The notes below the pieces were generated by a model that had not been told where the DNA came from, did not search any database, and saw only the letters and a program-made list of their open reading frames with translations. Positions 28,839 to 34,570 of a DNA stretch of 34,570 nt are shown in pieces; positions within the stretch are counted from its first letter, which is position 1; the number at the start of each line of letters is the position of its first letter. Made by a program: the position numbers and the translations under genes. This DNA is from Deltaproteobacteria bacterium (GTDB taxonomy: Bacteria; Desulfobacterota; Desulfobacteria; Desulfobacterales; JAUVKB01). The stretch spans positions 1 through 34,570 of the forward strand of contig JAUVKB010000001.1 of NCBI GenBank assembly GCA_030596405.1. Reading direction: 5' to 3'.

Positions 28839-31800
28839 ATGAGCCAAAACCAGGAAAAAAAATACATGGAAAAAGATAAAGATTTTGTCGGCTCGGTTAT
28901 GGTAGTGGGAGGAGGAATTGCAGGTATGCAGTCGGCTCTCGATCTTGCCAGTTCCGGTTATTACGTCTATCTTTTAGAAAAATCGTCTGCCATTGGCGGG
29001 ATGATGTCCCAGTTGGACAAAACCTTTCCGACCAATGATTGCGCCATGTGAGTGATTTCGCCCAAACTGGTCGAGGTCGGCCGGCACCTGAATATAGAGC
29101 TTTTAACCGATACGGAAATTCTTAACCTTAAAGGCGATCCGGGACGTTTTACCGCCCTGGTAAGTCAAAAACCGCGTTTTGTAGATCTTTCCAAATGCAC
29201 AAGTTGCGGAGAATGTGTCAAGGTTTGTCCGGTTTCACTTCCAGACGGATACGATCAGGGGCTTTCCGAACGAAAAGCAGTCTACAAACAATACCCCCAG
29301 GCAATTCCTGGTGCTTTTGCCATCACTAAAAGGTCAACCGCACCGTGCAAGGCCACCTGCCCTGCCCATGTGAGTATCCAGGGCTACATAGCCTTGATCA
29401 ATGACGGTCGCTATGAAGAGGCTCTGAAACTTTTTAAGGAAGAACACCCGTTTCCCGGGGTTTGCGGCAGGGTCTGCCATCATCCCTGCGAAGATGTTTG
29501 TACCCGCAATGATTTGGATCAGCCTATTGCAATTCAACATCTCCACAGATTTCTGGCGGATTATGATTTTACCAGCGAAGATCCGTATGTACCGGAAACA
29601 GGGGAAATACGGGAGGAAAAAATTGCCATTATAGGCACTGGCCCGGCAGGTCTGACAACCGCATATTTTCTGGCGAGAAAGGGTTACCTCGTTACGATTT
29701 TCGAAAAACTTCCGGTTACAGGCGGCATGATGAGGGTTGGCATCCCTGAATATCGTCTTCCCGAAAATATCTTGAATGCTGAAATTTCAACAATCGAAAA
29801 AATGGGAGTTTCGATAAAAACCGGCGTTGAATTCGGCAGGGATATTACGATGAAAAGCCTTAAGCAAGACGGATTTAAGGCTCTGTTTTTGGCTATCGGG
29901 CTTCACGGCAGCCGTAAACTGGGAGTAGCTGGTGAAGATCTGGAAAATATTCTACCAGGAGTTGCTTTTTTAAGGGATGTATCTTTGGGTAAAAATGTAA
30001 AGATAGGGAAAAAGGTAGTTGTTGTAGGCGGTGGAAATGTGGCTATTGACGTATCCCTTACAGCGAAACGTCTTGGCGTTGACAAGGTGACTATGGTCTG
30101 CCTTGAATCACGGGAGGAAATGCCTGCCTGGGATTATGAGGTTGAAGAGGCTATAGAGGAAAATATTGAAATACTCAACTGTTTTGGCCCAAAGTGTTTT
30201 AACGGAAAAGATGAAAAAATCACATCTGTTGATTTTAAGCAATGCATATCTGTTTTTGATGAAAACCGGCGTTTTAATCCGCAGTATGATGAAAACATAG
30301 TTCAAACATTAAAAGCCGACACCTTGATTGTCGCCATAGGCCAGATGGGAGAATTCGACTTTGCCGAAGATGAAGATATTGCTCTATCTCCCCAAGGCGG
30401 ACTTGAAGCGGATCCTTTAACTTTTCAGACACCTATTTCCTGGATCTTTGCCGGCGGTGATGCGGTTTACGGACCCAAATCGGTTGTGGACGCGGTTGCG
30501 TGCGGAAAGGAAGTGGCAGAAAGTATAGACCGATATCTTAACAACCAGGATTTAAAAAAGGACAGGATAAAGGAGTGGCCCTATGAAAAGCCGGATATAA
30601 CCGGTGAGTGCGGCAAGGAAAGAAATCTGTTGCATTATCTTCCTGTTGAACAGCGGGAAGGAAATTTCATGGAAATTGCCTCGGGGTATAATGAAAAAAA
30701 TGCCTTAAAGGAAGCGGACAGGTGTTTAAATTGCGGTATTTGCAGCGAATGTTATCAATGTGTGGATGCGTGCCTGGCCGAAGCAATTGATCACAGCCAA
30801 AAGCTTGTAGAAAAAGAAATCAAAGTCGGTTCGCTTATTCTTTGCCCCGGCAGTGAGCCGTTTGACCCTACAATATTCCAGGAATTTTATCTTTACAAGA
30901 AAAACCCCAATGTGCTTACAAGCCTGGAATTTGAACGGATTTTAAGCGCATCCGGCCCCACCATGGGACATCTTGTCAAGATGTCGGACAAAACCGAACC
31001 TAAAAAAATAGCCTGGCTCCAGTGTGTCGGTTCCAGGGATACAAACCGGTGCGGCAACGGTTACTGTTCTTCTGTTTGCTGCATGTATGCGGTGAAAGAA
31101 GCGATGATCGCAAAAGAGCATGCAGCCGGTGGCCTCGATTGTGCTATTTTTAATATGGATATGCGTACATTCGGCAAAGATTATGAAAAATATTATTTAA
31201 GAGCTAAAAATGATGCCGGGGTCCGTTTTGTCAAAGCGCGGATACATACCATAGACGAAATTAAAGAGACCGGCGAATTGAACCTGCAATACGTGGATGA
31301 GGCTGGAAAAATTATTCAGGAGCGTTTCGACATGGTGGTTCTTTCCGTGGGTCTTGCTATCTCGGAGTCTACCGCCGAACTGGCCGGACGTCTTGAGGTG
31401 GAGCTCGATAAATACAAATTTGCAGTTTCAGAACCGTTTATGCCGGTTCAAACATCACGCCCCGGTGTTTATGCCTGCGGAGTATTTCAGGGCCCCAAAG
31501 ACATTCCGACTTCGGTGATTGAAGCAAGCGCTGCGGCCGGAGCTGTTGGATCTCTTTTAGCGGATGTACGCGATACCCTTACTAAAAGCGTAGAAATTCC
31601 CGAAGAAATTGATATCGCCGGGCAAGAACCGAGGATAGGAGTTTTTGTGTGTAAATGCGGGATTAATATTGCCGGGGTTGTGGATGTGGATGCAGTGGAA
31701 GAATACGCAAAAACCCTGCCCAACGTGGAGTATGTCGGTCAAAACCTTTTTACATGTTCCCAGGATACCCAGGAGCAGATGAAAGAGGTTATTATCGAAC

Positions 31801-33296
31801 AGAAGCTTAACCGGATTGTGGTTGCGTCATGCACTCCCAAGACCCATGAGGGTATTTTTATGGATACCCTGCAGGCTTGCGGGCTCAATAAATACCTTTT
31901 TGAAATGGCCAATATCAGAAACCAGGATTCATGGATTCATTCAGATATGCCTGAAAAGGCCACTGAAAAAGCTAAAAAACTTGTCAAGATGGCGGTTGCA
32001 CGCGTTGCCACACTCTATCCGCTCCATGAAAAAATAATTCCGGTTACCCGGCGTGCCTTGATTATCGGCGGCGGTGTGGCAGGCATGAATGCTGCTCTTG
32101 CTCTTGGAGACCAGGGGTTTGAAGTTGTTCTGGTGGAAAAAGAGACCAAACTTGGAGGTCTTGCAAACCGGCTGACCACTACCATTGAAGGAGCCGATAT
32201 CGGAGAATACCTGGATGATCTGACCCATAAAATTACTAACCATCCGAAAATCCAGGTGCTGGTTCAGTCTCTTATCGTCGGATTTGAAGGGTTCAAGGGT
32301 AATTTTACCACAGAAGTGCTGGTGGGGCCGGGAATGTATGAAAGAAAGATCGATCATGGGGTTATTATTTTGGCAACAGGCGCAAATGAATATCAGCCCA
32401 ATGAATTTTTATACGGCCACGACCGCCGCGTTATGACACAGATAGAACTGTCGGAGCATCTGGAAAATAATGACACAAAAAGTCTTGACCAGGTTGTCAT
32501 GATTCAGTGCGTTGGCTCTCGAAATGATGATAACCCGAACTGCTCGAGAATTTGCTGCCAGAGCGCGGTTAAAAATGCGATCCATATAAAGGAGGATAAC
32601 CCTGAAACAAATGTTTATATTTTGTACCGCGACATCAGGATGTACGGTCTTTTGGAAGAATACTACACCATGGCCAGACGTTTGGGAGTTATCTTTTTTA
32701 GATACACGCTGGATGATCCGCCGCAAGTGAAGTCTTCTGAGGACGGGGTTGAAGTGACTTTCAAAGATCATGTCCTTGGAAAACGGCTTGTTGTTTCCGC
32801 AGATCTTCTGGCACTCAGTGTAGGAATGCGCGCCGAAGATACAGAAGAACTTGCTTCCATAATAAAACTTGCCCGTAATCCGGAAGGGCATTTTATTGAA
32901 GCTCACGTAAAGCTGAGACCTGTGGATATGTCTACGGAAGGTATTTTTGTATGCGGAACCGCACACAGCCCCTTGTTGATTTCCGAATCGATATCCCAGG
33001 CATTTGCCGCCGCATCAAGGGCATCCACATTTTTATCTCAACCGCACCTTACCCTGTCGGCTGTAACGGCCAAGGTTGAAGAAGAAAAGTGCGCAGCCTG
33101 TCTTGTTTGCGTCAGATCTTGTCCGTACGGCGTGCCTGTAATAAATGACAAAGGTGTTAGTGAAATAGACCAGGCCCTGTGCCACGGGTGCGGCGTTTGT
33201 GCATCTGAATGTCCGGCCAAGGCTATTGAATTAAACTGGTACGAGGATGATCAAATATTGTGCGAGGTTGAGGCCTTGCTTGAGGGGGTTTTATGA
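28839..33296 (+). CDS. hdrA: Giant HdrA-family flavoprotein (HdrL-type) with selenocysteine at UGA 29049-29051, an inserted GltD/NfnB-like NAD(P)H module and a second HdrA-like module
   Basis: The frame is open from 28779 to 33296 except for TGA at 29049. The start is ATG 28839 (alternatives 28815 and 28866). Motifs in order: (1) [13 protein letters not shown]; (2) [19 protein letters not shown]; (3) GltD-like CPAH...[20 protein letters not shown] and [12 protein letters not shown]; (4) [13 protein letters not shown]; (5) CVGSRD...[10 protein letters not shown]; (6) [12 protein letters not shown]; (7) [14 protein letters not shown]; (8) CVGSRN...CSRICCQSA; (9) terminal 2x[4Fe-4S] [12 protein letters not shown] / [12 protein letters not shown]. 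Confidence 0.85.
29067..29084 (+). other. Candidate bacterial SECIS hairpin for the hdrA UGA
   Basis: CUGGUCG-AGGU-CGGCCGG forms a 7-bp stem with two G.U pairs and a GGU-containing tetraloop. It starts 15 nt after the UGA. Confidence 0.5.
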
Positions 33297-33721
33297 GTAG
33301 TTTTGATCCTGTAATTATAGCGTTTTGCTGCAATTTCTGAGGTTACACTGCCGCGGACCTGGCAGGTTCCATGAGATTGAAATACCCGGCAAGCATCAAA
33401 ATTGTCAGGATTCCATGCACTGGAAAGGTTGATATTCTCCATATTCTGCGCGCCTTTGAAATGGGGGCGGACGGGGTCTATGCGGTTGGATGCATGGAAG
33501 GTGATTGTCATTACGACAGCGGTAATTTCTGGGCACGCAAACGAGTGGAGCAGGCCCGGAAAATTTTAGATACAATCGGTATCGGAGGTGAAAGGGTGCA
33601 GATGTATAATCTGTCCGCCGGAGAGGGGCCCCTCTTTGCAGAATATGCGGTGGAAATGCATGAAAAAATATTAAAATTGGGGCCTAACCCGTTAAAACTC
33701 GCAAAAAAGAAGGCTGCCTGA
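33293..33721 (+). CDS. mvhD: MvhD-like (methyl-viologen-reducing hydrogenase delta subunit family) [2Fe-2S] protein with selenocysteine at UGA 33338-33340
   Basis: ATG at 33293 overlaps the hdrA stop (ATGA) and has GAGGGGG upstream. Translation gives [47 protein letters not shown]. This restores the conserved MvhD N-terminus (CCNxC...AG.DLAG). The track ORF from ATG 33371 lacks it. Confidence 0.82.
33345..33369 (+). other. Candidate SECIS hairpin for the mvhD UGA
   Basis: Two alternative folds are possible. One is GGACCU-GGC-AGGUUC (33355-33369, 6 bp, starting 14 nt after the UGA). The other is CUGCC-GCGGACCU-GGCAG (33348-33365), extendable by A45-U67 and C46-G66 with A47 bulged. Confidence 0.4.
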
Positions 33722-33736
33722 AAAGTCAGGCCTTTT
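33716..33736 (+). terminator. Weak hairpin plus short U-run overlapping the mvhD stop codon (intra-operon attenuator or processing site?)
   Basis: GCCTGA-AAAG-TCAGGC forms a 6-bp stem and is followed by CTTTTG. It lies in the 75-nt gap before metV. Confidence 0.3.
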
Positions 33737-33796
33737 GCGAAATCATAAAATTCTGAGCAATCACAAATAATTTAATTTTAAAAGGGGTTAGATCTT

Positions 33797-34465
33797 ATGA
33801 TTGTTGCTGATAAAAAACCTATTGAAGAGATTATTGGGGAGATTAAAGATTATACCACCATCCTTATCCTGGGCTGCAACGAGTGTGTCACGGTCTGCGA
33901 AGCCGGAGGTAAAAAAGAGGTGGGAATTCTGGCGTCAGCCTTGAGGATGTATTTTCTAAACCAGGGGAAAGATGTGACAATAGACGAAAGGACCCTGGAG
34001 CGGCAATGCGACCACGAATATCTGGAAGAGATCCGTGATGTGGCTGACCAATATGACGCCATAGTATCGCTTGCATGCGGTGTGGGAGTGCAATTTACAG
34101 CGGAAAAATACCATGCCGTACCGGTTATACCCGGAGTCAATACATGTTTCTTGGGCGCCACGGAAACAAGAGGCCTCTGGACTGAAAGATGTCAGGCCTG
34201 CGGCGAGTGTATTCTGGCGCGGACAGGCGGAATTTGTCCGGTTTCCAGATGTGCCAAAAGGATTTTAAACGGTCCCTGCGGCGGAGCGAGCAACGGCAAA
34301 TGCGAAATCAATAAGGAGCTTGACTGTGCCTGGCAGTTGATTATCGACAGATTAAAGGCACTGGGGAGGCTCGATGATTATGAAAATATAAGTCCCATTA
34401 AAGACTGGTCAACCGATCGGGCCGGCGGGCCTCGAAGAGTTGTGAGGGAGGACGTGCAGCTATGA
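33797..34465 (+). CDS. metV: Methylenetetrahydrofolate reductase C-terminal-domain protein (MetV-type Cys-rich subunit)
   Basis: Cys clusters are GCNECVTVCEAGG and CQACGECILARTGGICPVSRCAKRILNGPCGG..NGKCE, the MTHFR_C signature. AAAGGGG lies upstream of the ATG. Confidence 0.82.
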   Translation: MIVADKKPIEEIIGEIKDYTTILILGCNECVTVCEAGGKKEVGILASALRMYFLNQGKDVTIDERTLERQCDHEYLEEIRDVADQYDAIVSLACGVGVQFTAEKYHAVPVIPGVNTCFLGATETRGLWTERCQACGECILARTGGICPVSRCAKRILNGPCGGASNGKCEINKELDCAWQLIIDRLKALGRLDDYENISPIKDWSTDRAGGPRRVVREDVQL

Positions 34466-34570
34466 ATGTAAAGACACCAAGCAGACTGGAAAAAGTTCTT
34501 TCCGCTGGCCTACTTGCCGTAACATCGGAATGTGGCCCGCCTCGCGGTAGTGATCCTGAAGTTATCACTA
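34462..34570 (+). CDS. metF: Methylenetetrahydrofolate reductase (MetF paralogue 2), 5' fragment truncated by the window end
   Basis: The ATG overlaps the metV stop (ATGA), and GAGGGAGGA lies upstream. MNVKTPSRLEKVLSAGLLAVTSECGPPRGSDPEV matches the acetogen-type MetF N-terminus (E-x-x-PP-[KR]-G). Confidence 0.72.
   Translation, partial: MNVKTPSRLEKVLSAGLLAVTSECGPPRGSDPEVIT

Noticed and set aside
33371-33721. ATG 33371 as the MvhD start (as in the ORF track)
   Set aside because: That start would delete the conserved Cys-rich N-terminus. ATG 33293 has a strong SD, is translationally coupled to hdrA, and reads through a UGA at a conserved Cys position.

Overview
This is a moderately AT-rich bacterial chromosomal window with tightly packed genes. 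No rRNA, tRNA, CRISPR array, transposase or integrase was recognised. The gene content suggests a Desulfobacterales-like anaerobe that uses the Wood-Ljungdahl pathway and has a large selenoproteome; this is inference only. Region 1-21.9 kb is housekeeping: ubiE, nadB, an SH3 membrane protein, DUF1178, gmhB, rlpA, lon, hsp20, an MFS transporter, a NUDIX hydrolase, DUF4198, a J-domain protein, lysC, tsaE, pdxJ, ybeY, a 7TM-HD hydrolase, an FmdB zinc-ribbon protein, groES/groEL, an MBL-fold hydrolase interrupted by one in-frame TAG, and coaX. Region 21.9-27.5 kb is a signalling block: an orphan 269-aa protein, a Cache histidine kinase, a receiver-only response regulator, a degenerate kinase-like protein, a 590-nt non-coding gap, and an NtrC-type sigma-54 activator. 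Region 27.8-34.57 kb is the most interesting part. A consensus sigma-54 -24/-12 promoter, with upstream inverted repeats, precedes five co-directional genes: (1) an MTHFR-like gene; (2) a ~1485-aa HdrA-family (HdrL-type) flavoprotein with an in-frame UGA (selenocysteine), an inserted GltD/NfnB-like NAD(P)H module and a second HdrA module; (3) an MvhD-like gene whose true N-terminus also holds an in-frame UGA; (4) metV; (5) a second metF, cut by the window end. No hdrB or hdrC lies within the cluster. This suggests an NAD(P)H- and ferredoxin-coupled methylene-THF reductase complex that, as far as I know, has not been characterised biochemically. Other observations include an 18-22-nt motif shared by two intergenic regions (possibly MITE-like or a structured RNA), a terminator-like hairpin in the DUF4198 leader, and several palindromes in promoter regions. 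All family assignments come from motifs read in the translations, and no database search was possible.
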